Assembly: GCA_965214705.1 (NCBI GenBank)
Contig: OZ243972.1
Location: 1,440,001 to 1,504,000, forward strand
Source of the DNA: Alphaproteobacteria bacterium
Lineage (GTDB): Bacteria > Pseudomonadota > Alphaproteobacteria > UBA828
Direction: 5' to 3'
Length of the DNA: 64,000 nt
Shown here: one piece after another, positions 1 to 8,255 of the stretch
Layout: every line of letters begins with the position of its first letter
Position numbering within the stretch: position 1 is the stretch's first letter
Program-made: the position numbers and the translations under genes
The notes under the pieces: generated by a model
Told to the model about the DNA's origin: nothing
Databases searched by the model: none
Seen by the model: only the letters and a program-made list of their open reading frames with translations

Positions 1-917
1 TCGTCGGCGCTCACGGTGGCGATGCCGTAGCGCGGCTTTCTCTGCCCCGGCGCCTTGGGCTTTCGGTGGCGGAAGGAGACCGTCTCGCCGTCGAAGGAGA
101 CGATGCGGCTGTCGGAGATGGCGATCCTGTGCGTGTAGTGCGAGAGGTACCGGAAGACCTGCTCAGGCCCGCGGAAGGGCCGCTTGGCGTAGACCACCCA
201 GTCCCTGGCCCGGGCGGCGGCAAGCGTGGCGTGGAACTCGCCGGGATTGGCGAGGTGGGCGAGGGTGCCGTGGAACTCCAGGTCCCCCCGGCCGTGGGCG
301 CGGGCGAGCTCCTCGAGGAAGAGGCGGCGGAACAGGCTGCCGAGGACCTTGACGGGGGCGAGGAAGGTGGTGCTCCCCGTCTTCCACTCGCCACTGTCTA
401 CGTCGAAGCCCGCGTTGGGCACGACCACGTGCAGGTGCGGGTGGAAGCGGAGCTTCTGATCCCAGGTATGGAGGACCGCGGTGCCGCCGATGCGCATGCC
501 GCCGTGGCGGGGATCGGCGGCGATGGTGCGCAGGGTCTCGGCGACGGCCCGGAAGAGGATGTCGAACACCACCCTGCGGTTGCAGAAGGCAATGGCGGCA
601 ACCTCCTTGGGCAGGGTGAAGACCACATGGAAGTAGGGCACCGGCAGGATGTCCCCGGCGCGCTCCTCGCTCCAGAGGTTGGCGGCGAGACCCTGGCAGG
701 TGGGGCAGTGGCGGTTGCGGCAGGAGTTGAAGAGCGGATGCTCGCGCCCGCAGCCCTCGCAGGCGTACATGTGGCCGCCGAGCACGGCGGTGCGGCACGC
801 CTCGATGGCGCCCATGACCTTGAGCCGGGCGGCGTCGATGCGCCCTTTGTGGCGCTCACGGAAAGCGGCGCCGGCGCGGCGGAAGATCTCCGCCACGCCC
901 GCGCGTTCGGCCTCCAC
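1..917 (-). CDS. IS91-family (Y2/HUH rolling-circle) transposase with N-terminal Zn-binding domain; runs off the left edge of the window
   Basis: Not in the ORF track because there is no stop inside the window. Manual translation from GTG at 917 gives VAEIFRRAG...ACRTAVLGGH.YACEGC...FNSCRNRHCPTCQ...YFHVVFTLP...LHTWDQKLRFHPHLHVVVP (HUH)...FRYLSHYTHRIAIS (YxxxY). Confidence 0.92.
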   Translation of the reverse strand, partial: MEAERAGVAEIFRRAGAAFRERHKGRIDAARLKVMGAIEACRTAVLGGHMYACEGCGREHPLFNSCRNRHCPTCQGLAANLWSEERAGDILPVPYFHVVFTLPKEVAAIAFCNRRVVFDILFRAVAETLRTIAADPRHGGMRIGGTAVLHTWDQKLRFHPHLHVVVPNAGFDVDSGEWKTGSTTFLAPVKVLGSLFRRLFLEELARAHGRGDLEFHGTLAHLANPGEFHATLAAARARDWVVYAKRPFRGPEQVFRYLSHYTHRIAISDSRIVSFDGETVSFRHRKPKAPGQRKPRYGIATVSAD

Positions 918-923
918 GCGCCG

Positions 924-1802
924 TCAGTTGCGCAACGCTGCGAAGCCTGAGATCGGGTGGTCGAGGCCCTCGAACATCTTGCCGGTGACGCGGGCGTAGT
1001 GACGGGTCGTGTTCGCGCTTCGATGGCCGAGCATGTCCCGGATCACCTCGATATCGCCGCCGCGCTCGAGGAGATGGGTCGCCGCCGAATGGCGCAGGCA
1101 ATGGAAGGTGTAGCTGCGGTCGAGCTCGGCAATGTCGCGCGCCCTCCTGAAGGCGGCCTGCAAGGTCTCCGTTGCGATGGGCCTGTCGAGCGAGACGCCG
1201 TAGAAGAGCCAGCTCGTCGGACGCGGCCAGATGTTCCTGTAGTAGACGCGCAAGTAGTGGATGACGATGTCCGGCAACGGTGCCATTCTCTCGGTGCCGC
1301 CTTTGCCGGAGGGGATGTGCAGCAGCTTCTTCTCCGACAGGATGTCGCCGACCTTGATGGCCAAGGTCTCGGAGATGCGGAGCCCGCCGCCATAGCCGGT
1401 GACAATGGCAGCACGGTGGCGGAGGTCGGGTGTCGCAAGGATGAGGTGCTCGACCTCCTGCTCCGACATGTAGCGCGGCAGCTTGCCGGGCTTCTTGCGG
1501 GAGCGCAGGCCGGCGACATGGTCAGGCCAGCCGAGTGTGTCGATGTAGAGGAAGTTCAGCGCGGCGAAGGAGACGTTGGTCGTGCCCGGACTGAGCCCCT
1601 TGTCGATCCGCCCCAGGTACCACTGGCGCACCTGCTCGGCGTCGAGCTCGTCCGGCGAGGCGTCGTAGTACCTGGCCAGGTTCTTGATCTCGCAGATGTA
1701 GGCCTTGGACGTGCTCGCGGCCAGATTGGCGATGCGGAGCTGCTCCTCCATGCGCTGGCGAAGAGGGGTGACGGTGTTCGTGTCGCACGCGGTCCCGGTC
1801 AT
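924..1802 (-). CDS. XerD-like tyrosine recombinase partnered with the IS91-like transposase
   Basis: Motifs GLRISE, GKGG, HCLRHSAATHLLE, LGH and TRHY. Probable start MTGTA at 1802. Its stop lies 6 nt from the transposase start. Confidence 0.92.
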   Translation of the reverse strand: MTGTACDTNTVTPLRQRMEEQLRIANLAASTSKAYICEIKNLARYYDASPDELDAEQVRQWYLGRIDKGLSPGTTNVSFAALNFLYIDTLGWPDHVAGLRSRKKPGKLPRYMSEQEVEHLILATPDLRHRAAIVTGYGGGLRISETLAIKVGDILSEKKLLHIPSGKGGTERMAPLPDIVIHYLRVYYRNIWPRPTSWLFYGVSLDRPIATETLQAAFRRARDIAELDRSYTFHCLRHSAATHLLERGGDIEVIRDMLGHRSANTTRHYARVTGKMFEGLDHPISGFAALRN

Positions 1803-2478
1803 TATCGATCTCCCTGGATCGCGACGGCGCGCCGCCGGACCGATCCGGCGACGGTCCGTCGCAGGGGTCGATGCTAACCACTGGTGATCGGGAGGCTGCT
1901 GGGGATCCGCCACCCGACGGGCGGAGCGCCACTGACGCAACCGGGAAGCGAACGCACAGAACAAACGGCACCCGCGACGCCTCGGAAATGAATGAACTCT
2001 ACGCCGCTAACTCCGCGTAGCGGCTTCGTTCAAATGCCCCGGCTGTCGCGACCCGCTTGCTCTCGCACGTCATGACACAACGGTGGCCCGCCCGCCTCGC
2101 CCTGTGCACCGCACCATCGTCAGGTGTGCACTTACAGTAGCGAATTCCTGGCGAGCGCACCGTGACGCAGGGTTGCAGCTTCCTCCTGCATTAGAGTTAT
2201 GCTACAGTGGGTTATGGACGATGTCAAGGGCAAATGGAGCGGGGCTGGAGGACACATTGGCTGATCTTGTGTCTCTAATTAGTTGCATTCAGGGAAGCCG
2301 GGATGTGGAGTTTTCCGTGGAGCGCTGGTACGGTCTTGACATCCAATCTGGCTCGCCATGTTAAGGACATAATAGAGACATAGGAGCGTGTCGGCGATGA
2401 ATACCATAGGAATATCATGACATATTCTACGTCATCATGCAGCTGCGTGTCGCAGTCTCCACAGGCCTTGCCGGACGG

Positions 2479-2850
2479 ATGGCCGCGATGAGGGAGGACG
2501 CCGGCGGACGCCGCCAGCGCGCGGTGATGGCGACCGATGCGGAGTGGGAGCGGCTCGGCCGGGCGGCGGCGGCGAGCGGCATGGACCTGTCGCGCTTCGT
2601 GATCCATCGCGCGCTGGACCGGGACCCTCTGCCGCCGGAGGTTCTGCGCCGGGCGGTGCGCGAGATGCTGGTGATGTCGAGGCTGGAGGAGAGGCGGCTG
2701 CGCGGGGCCGGCGCCGGCGAGGCCTGGGAGGACGCCTGCGACGCGGTGGACGAATGGATCGAGCGGGAGGGCACGCTGGACCGGCTGACCGATCCCGGCG
2801 CGGCGAACCGATGGAAGGCGGCGGGGCCGGCTGAGGAGGACGGGTCGTGA
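2479..2850 (+). CDS. Small ribbon-helix-helix/MobC-like protein
   Basis: AVMATDAEWERLGRAAAASGMDLSRFVIHRAL matches an RHH pattern. Start is uncertain (2437, 2479 or 2488). Confidence 0.55.
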   Translation: MAAMREDAGGRRQRAVMATDAEWERLGRAAAASGMDLSRFVIHRALDRDPLPPEVLRRAVREMLVMSRLEERRLRGAGAGEAWEDACDAVDEWIEREGTLDRLTDPGAANRWKAAGPAEEDGS

Positions 2851-3259
2851 CGGAGGAGGCGGTGCGGCCCGGCAGGCGTCAGCGGAGAAGACCGTGTCGC
2901 GCTATGTGCTGGAGCTCGCGCTCGCCTCGGTACTGGGCGAGGAGCGGGCGGGTATCGCTGCGGCCTCGGTCGCGGTCTCGACCGAGCCGTCGGCAGCGAA
3001 GCAAGCGGTCGCGCCTCAGGCCCGCGAGGGGGAGAGGGACCCCCATAAGCGCTAACTTGTTTGGTGGATCGATGTCACGCACCGTCGAATCCCCCTTGGA
3101 GCCACTCCGGGCGCCCGGCGAGAGGGCCAAAATTCCCGGATTCGTCCACCGAATCGCTCCATCGTTGCCAATTCCGGTTGTCGAAATGCGCAAAGACATG
3201 GCGCGAGCGAACAAGTTAGCGCCTATGAGAGGGACCCCCGCCAGGACCGGCTCTTCTGA
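2847..3259 (+). pseudogene. Degraded second RHH-like gene interrupted by a MITE
   Basis: GTGA overlap with the upstream gene and a frame change to SRYVLELALAS...EGERDP. Removing the MITE and one direct repeat restores ...ERDPRQDRLF*. Confidence 0.4.
3044..3227. mobile_element. MITE (~184 bp, non-coding)
   Basis: 18-bp TIRs CATAAGCGCTAACTTGTT (3044-3061) and AACAAGTTAGCGCCTATG (3210-3227), 1 mismatch. Flanked by direct repeat AGAGGGACCCC (3033-3043, 3228-3238). Confidence 0.8.
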
Positions 3260-3759
3260 GGCGCTCACCGTCTGCGCTGCCGGCATGAACGATGTGCGCG
3301 AGGTCGACCGAACGAGGAGAGGGATGGCGTGACAGCGGAAACAGAACATTTCGATGTGGCACGCCTGTCCGCCAATGTGGCCGATCATGTGTTGGCGTGA
3401 GCGTCTCGGCCACAGAGTGACATGCCATCGCGAACCTTCTATATTGGTCTCGGAGGCACAATGAAGTCAGCCAATTCGTTGAAAGGCTTATCCCGTTGAG
3501 CACGGCTTCTCAATATATGGGATACCGGATCGCCGCCATTCGGCGGGTAAGTACGTGAAACAAGGGAGGAACTGGGACCATGGCGAATGACTTTGCCGAC
3601 GCGGCCGGTACAGCATCTTGGGAAGCCGGAACCAAAGGGATAAGCCTTTTCGTTGAATACATCCGCTAGGCCATTCGCTGGCGCACGCTCACCGAGCGAT
3701 TCCGCGATAATAACCACCTAGAGCCGCTTCACCAGCGCAGTGAGGGCGATGCGCGTCCG

Positions 3760-5481
3760 ATGCAAGAAGAGCCGACACAACCTCCACAGGCCGCAGAAAA
3801 GATGCTGCCATCTTGTGAGCGAGCGGTGCGAAGCCCATGGGCGCGCGCCCGAGCGGCAGCCGTCAACCTCTCTCTGGTGCTTTCGTCGCTCTTGGTGTGC
3901 CTCGCCGCAGGGGAAGGGTATCTGCGGCTTTTTTATCCGAAGTACGAGTACGCCGCCGAGTCCCAATACGATCTCGATAGCCGGCGCATCTGGGTGCGGC
4001 AAGCGCATTCGGTATCGAGCCGGGCACATCCCGACACCGGCGTGAGTCACGCCGTTATCCACAATAACCTGGCCATGAGGCAGCATCGGAATTTCAGTGA
4101 CGGCGACATCGCAGGGGCCGTGAACCTAGGCTTTTTCGGCGACTCCTATACCGAAAACCTGCGCCTGCCCTCCCAATATTCGTTCAACGAAATATTGGAC
4201 TTTCTATTGAATTCCCCCCCCCCCCCCCCCCCCCCCCCCGCGAAACACAGGGATAGATTCAACGTCCTGAATCTCGGCGTGGACGGTTATGGCACCGACC
4301 AGTCGTTTCTCTATTACGAAGACTTCCGGTACTCGGCCGAACTGGACGTAGTGTTCTACGTATTCTGCAGTAACGATCTACGGGACATCTACGAGAAAAG
4401 GCTTTTTCGTCTAAACGAAACTGGCCAGTTGGCGCGGAACCCGGCCATCGAGCCTACACCCTGGGTTTCGCTGTTGTCCCGATTTCATATGACTTACCTC
4501 GTTCTTGATGCGGCGAGTCGACTGCCGCTGCTTACCGGGGCACTTGAAGACGTCGCCGGCAGGTTCTTCGAAGCGGGCGAGCGCATCGATGCCAAGTTGG
4601 CAGAAGAATGGGAGGGCAGACGCAACGGGGCCAAGGCAATGGCCCTGGAAGCCGACGTCAGCGATGGAACGCCGGACAGCGAACGCGCAAAGGACACCGG
4701 CGTCATCTTCCAATCCCTGCTTCGCGCCTGGCAACAAGCGGTGCAAGAGCGGGGCGGACGATTTGTTGTCGTCATCCTGCCGATTCCACGGGAAGACCGG
4801 ATGACCGCGCTGATTCCTTCAGAAATTGAAACTATGAACCTATTCGAGTGCTTCAACGAATACGACGCCGAATACGATTATTACAGAGATGTGCGGTTCG
4901 CGAACGACGGGCACTGGAACGAGCAGGGTAATATGCTCGCCGCCGTCTGCCTGTACAGGTTTCTCGAACGGAAAATGAACTTGTCTGTCCGCTCTGCCAA
5001 CGAACTTCTTGAGGAATTGTACAGATACTACTCAGCCTTTCAGGCGTGGATGCCTACCGAAGAGTGGACAAGGCCGACTTCGGTGCATCCACAAGATTTG
5101 GTTGCTATTCGAAGCAAGTATTTGGCGGAAGGGCTATCGCGACGCGGCAGGTTGATTGTCCGCTCTACCTTCGACCTGTACCTCGACGGACGTCACCTGA
5201 CCTATGCCAAGGCGCCTTGCGTCCCGGCGGACACCGAGGCGAAGTTTTTTTTGCACGTCTATCCTGCGGACACGAATGACCTGCCCCGTACCCGGCAGCA
5301 GCACGGTTTTGACAACCTGGATTTTAGCATCGATTCCACAGACGCGAAGTTTGACGAATCGTGCCTCACGACTGTCCGGCTTCCGCAGTACGGCATCGCC
5401 CGCGTCCATACCGGTCAATTCGTTGCCGAAACGGGACGGATTTGGCAGGAAGAGTTTACGTTCGGGGCTGACCCGACGTAG
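3760..5481 (+). CDS. Membrane-anchored SGNH/GDSL hydrolase-like protein with an extra C-terminal domain
   Basis: N-terminal TM helix; SGNH blocks FFGDSYT, NLGVDGYGTDQ, FCSND and NDGHWN. Confidence 0.8.
   Translation: MQEEPTQPPQAAEKMLPSCERAVRSPWARARAAAVNLSLVLSSLLVCLAAGEGYLRLFYPKYEYAAESQYDLDSRRIWVRQAHSVSSRAHPDTGVSHAVIHNNLAMRQHRNFSDGDIAGAVNLGFFGDSYTENLRLPSQYSFNEILDFLLNSPPPPPPPPAKHRDRFNVLNLGVDGYGTDQSFLYYEDFRYSAELDVVFYVFCSNDLRDIYEKRLFRLNETGQLARNPAIEPTPWVSLLSRFHMTYLVLDAASRLPLLTGALEDVAGRFFEAGERIDAKLAEEWEGRRNGAKAMALEADVSDGTPDSERAKDTGVIFQSLLRAWQQAVQERGGRFVVVILPIPREDRMTALIPSEIETMNLFECFNEYDAEYDYYRDVRFANDGHWNEQGNMLAAVCLYRFLERKMNLSVRSANELLEELYRYYSAFQAWMPTEEWTRPTSVHPQDLVAIRSKYLAEGLSRRGRLIVRSTFDLYLDGRHLTYAKAPCVPADTEAKFFLHVYPADTNDLPRTRQQHGFDNLDFSIDSTDAKFDESCLTTVRLPQYGIARVHTGQFVAETGRIWQEEFTFGADPT
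4214..4239 (+). repeat. 26-nt poly-C tract inside the SGNH gene (encodes poly-Pro)
   Basis: Directly visible; the reading frame is currently maintained. Confidence 0.9.
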
Positions 5482-5527
5482 GACACGAGATCAGGAGTTA
5501 TCGTATGGCTTCAAAGAGTCCTACACC

Positions 5528-5908
5528 ATGAATTCAAATCGCGCCTTCGGCTTCGTCTTCGTCATCGCGTTCGGCGCGATCGCGCTATTTCCGCTGACCG
5601 GTGGCGAGCCACCGCGCTTCTGGGCGCTCGCCGCCATGGCGCTCGTGCTGGCTGCGGCGCTGATCACGCCGGATTGGCTGACACCGTTTAATCGCGCGTG
5701 GCTCCATGTCGGCCAATTCCTGCACCGCATCACCAGCCCACTGGTGATCGCGGTGATCTACTTCGCTGTGGTAACGCCGACCGGCCTCGTCATGCGCGCA
5801 TTGGGCAGGGATCCGTTACGACTGCGCCGCGACCCGCACGCGCCAAGCTACTGGATTCGACGCGATCCCCCCGGGCCCGATCCAGAAACGATGACGAACC
5901 AGTTCTGA
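5528..5908 (+). CDS. SxtJ-family membrane protein
   Basis: SNRAFGFVF...PFNRAW..VG..L..ITSP...YFAVVTP.GLVMR.LGRDPLR...SYWIRR...MTNQF signature. Confidence 0.88.
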   Translation: MNSNRAFGFVFVIAFGAIALFPLTGGEPPRFWALAAMALVLAAALITPDWLTPFNRAWLHVGQFLHRITSPLVIAVIYFAVVTPTGLVMRALGRDPLRLRRDPHAPSYWIRRDPPGPDPETMTNQF

Positions 5909-5918
5909 GGCTTTGCCG

Positions 5919-6065
5919 ATGTCTTTTCTTCGCGAATTTGTGGCCTTTATGCGCGTGCGCAAGAGGTACTGGCTGTTGCCGGTGGTGGTAGCGATGCTGG
6001 TACTGGGCGGGCTGATCGTGCTTAGCCAAAGCGCCGTCGGACCCTTCATCTACGCCATCTTTTAG
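5919..6065 (+). CDS. SxtK-like (DUF5989) 48-aa membrane peptide, below the ORF track size cutoff
   Basis: MSFLREFVAFMRVRKRYWLLPVVVAMLVLGGLIVLSQSAVGPFIYAIF*, located between the sxtJ-like and carbamoyltransferase genes. Confidence 0.88.
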   Translation: MSFLREFVAFMRVRKRYWLLPVVVAMLVLGGLIVLSQSAVGPFIYAIF

Positions 6066-6069
6066 GGTC

Positions 6070-7932
6070 GTGCGCATCCTGGGCGTTTCCGCCTTCTATC
6101 ACGACGCTGCGGCGGCGTTGATCGAAGGTGGCAAGATCGTCGCTGCGGCGCAAGAAGAGCGCTTCACCCGTTGCAAGCACGACGCCGGCTATCCGGCCAA
6201 CGCGATTCGCTACTGTTTGGACGAAGCGGGGCTGCAACCCTCCGAAGTGGACCGGGTGACGTTCTACGACAAGCCCTTCCTCAAGTTCGAGAGGCTTCTC
6301 GAAACCTATATAGCGTTGGCGCCGCGGGGCTTCCGATCTTTTCGCTTGGCGGCACCGGTTTGGATCAAGGAGAAACTGTTCCAGAAAGACCTGTTGCGTC
6401 GCGAGTTGAAGAAACTCGACCCCGAGCTCGATTGGGCGACCAAGCTGCTGTTCGCCGAGCACCACCAGTCACACGCCGCGAGCGCATTCTATCCCTCGCC
6501 TTTCCGCGAGGCGGCGGTGCTGACGATGGACGGTGTGGGCGAGTGGGCCACCACGTCGGCAGCTATCGGCCGCGGTAATGAACTCACGATCGCCAAGGAG
6601 CTGCACTTCCCCCATTCCCTGGGACTGCTTTATTCGGCGTTCACCTACTACGTGGGTTTCAAAGTGAACTCCGGCGAGTACAAGCTGATGGGGCTCGCGC
6701 CGTACGGCGAGCCGAAATACGTGCAGACAATCCTCGACCGCCTGATCGATCTCAAGACCGACGGCACGTTCCGCCTCGCCCTCGATCACTTCGACTACTG
6801 CACCGGCCTTGCGATGACGAACGACCGCTTCGACGCGCTGTTCGGCGGTGCGCCGCGAAAGCCGGAGGAAGCTTTGACCCAACGCCACATGGATGTGGCC
6901 GCTTCGGCGCAGACTGTGATAGAGGAAGCGGTGCTGCGGCTGACCCGATCATTGCGACGCGAGACCGGCATTCGGCAGCTTTGCTTGGCGGGTGGTGTCG
7001 CGCTCAACTGCGTCGCCAACGGCAAGGTGCTGCGCGACGGCCAATTCGACGAAGTTTGGATCCAGCCAGCAGCCGGCGACGCCGGCGGTGCTTTGGGTGC
7101 CGCGCTAATGGCGAGCCACGGCTTGTTCGGCGAGCCGCGCCGCATGTGCGGTTCGGGGGAGATTCGAATGGGAGGAGCCGGCGACGCCATGCGCGGTGCC
7201 TTGCTCGGCCCGGAATTCGGCCTGGACGAGATCCAGCAGGCCCTTGATGCCTTAGGTGCCCATTACGAGACGCTCCCGGACGACGAACTGCTCGACACCA
7301 CCGCTGCGGCGCTGGCCGAGGGTAAAGCCGTGGGCTGGTTCCAGGGCCGAATGGAGTTCGGCCCTCGCGCGCTCGGCAACCGCTCGATCCTCGCGGACGC
7401 CCGTTCGCCCTCCATGCAGAGCACCTTGAACCTCAAGGTTAAGTTCCGCGAATCCTTTCGCCCATTCGCGCCGAGTGTGCTGCGCGAGGACGTCGCCGAG
7501 TGGTTCGACCTCGACGGCGACAGCCCTTACATGCTGCTCGTCGCTAATGTGGCTGGGTCGCGGCGCAAGCGGTCCGTCAAAATGGATCCCGGTCTCGCCG
7601 GCCTCCGTCGGCTGCGCGAGGTGCGCTCGCAGATTCCTGCTGTGACGCACGTCGACGATTCCGCCCGCGTGCAGACCGTGCATCGCGAAACGAACCCCCG
7701 CTACCATGCGCTGCTCACGGCCTTCAAGGCAAAGACCGGCTGTCCGGTGGTCGTGAACACCAGCTTCAATGTCCGTGGCGAGCCCATCGTCTGTACGCCC
7801 GAGGACGCGTTCCGCTGCTTCATAGGCACGGACATCGACTGCCTCGCCATCGGCAACTGCTTCCTGCGCAAGGAGCAACAGGACCCGGCACTCAGAGTCG
7901 GGAATTATGAGAACTCATTCGAGCCGGATTGA
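6070..7932 (+). CDS. O-carbamoyltransferase (NodU/CmcH/SxtI family)
   Basis: ILGVSAFYHDAAA, QEERFTR, EHHQSHAASAFY, GEYKLMGLAPYG, GRMEFGPRALGNRSILAD, KFRESFRPFAP, NTSFNVRGEPIV. Confidence 0.95.
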   Translation: MRILGVSAFYHDAAAALIEGGKIVAAAQEERFTRCKHDAGYPANAIRYCLDEAGLQPSEVDRVTFYDKPFLKFERLLETYIALAPRGFRSFRLAAPVWIKEKLFQKDLLRRELKKLDPELDWATKLLFAEHHQSHAASAFYPSPFREAAVLTMDGVGEWATTSAAIGRGNELTIAKELHFPHSLGLLYSAFTYYVGFKVNSGEYKLMGLAPYGEPKYVQTILDRLIDLKTDGTFRLALDHFDYCTGLAMTNDRFDALFGGAPRKPEEALTQRHMDVAASAQTVIEEAVLRLTRSLRRETGIRQLCLAGGVALNCVANGKVLRDGQFDEVWIQPAAGDAGGALGAALMASHGLFGEPRRMCGSGEIRMGGAGDAMRGALLGPEFGLDEIQQALDALGAHYETLPDDELLDTTAAALAEGKAVGWFQGRMEFGPRALGNRSILADARSPSMQSTLNLKVKFRESFRPFAPSVLREDVAEWFDLDGDSPYMLLVANVAGSRRKRSVKMDPGLAGLRRLREVRSQIPAVTHVDDSARVQTVHRETNPRYHALLTAFKAKTGCPVVVNTSFNVRGEPIVCTPEDAFRCFIGTDIDCLAIGNCFLRKEQQDPALRVGNYENSFEPD

Positions 7933-8089
7933 CGGGCCGGCGCCAGGCAAGGAATCTGGTAGAGTTAGCTGTGGGCTGGCGCGCCAGCATTGGGGTCCGG
8001 TGGCTGTTCCGTCGCTTTAGATGAACATTCTGGCGACAGGCCGATCCCGAACCCGCCTGAATATCAGTCACGTATATAAATCCCAACAG

Positions 8090-8200
8090 ACCGTTTATGC
8101 ACTTGGCTCCGGTGCCACACGATGTTGCCCCCAATGTCGGCTATTTCAGGCCCGCCAGACGCTGCATGTGGGTTTCACCGGAGCATTGTGCATAAGCGGT
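8090..8200. mobile_element. MITE (111 bp, non-coding)
   Basis: 25-bp imperfect TIRs ACCGTTTATGCACTTGGCTCCGGTG (8090-8114) and CACCGGAGCATTGTGCATAAGCGGT (8176-8200), 4 mismatches. 9-bp TSD TCCCAACAG (8081-8089, 8201-8209). Confidence 0.8.
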
Positions 8201-8255
8201 TCCCAACAGAACTGGGTTTCATACTTCCAACCGCGGAAGCCAATACACTAATCGG

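Larger units (their letters stand above)
1..2033 (-). mobile_element. Integrase + IS91-like transposase element (partial); probable terminus at about 2033
   Basis: Gene pair plus a terminal hairpin GCCGCTA(2003-2009)/TAGCGGC(2018-2024) followed by TTCGTTCAA, resembling an IS91-type terIS. Confidence 0.7.

Noticed and set aside
66-1877. Long + strand ORFs (66-950, 957-1877)
   Set aside because: Antisense shadows of the transposase and recombinase, typical of high-GC DNA.
5528-7932. Saxitoxin biosynthesis (sxtI/J/K)
   Set aside because: No sxtA, sxtG, sxtB or other pathway genes in the window; the trio is widespread outside toxin clusters.
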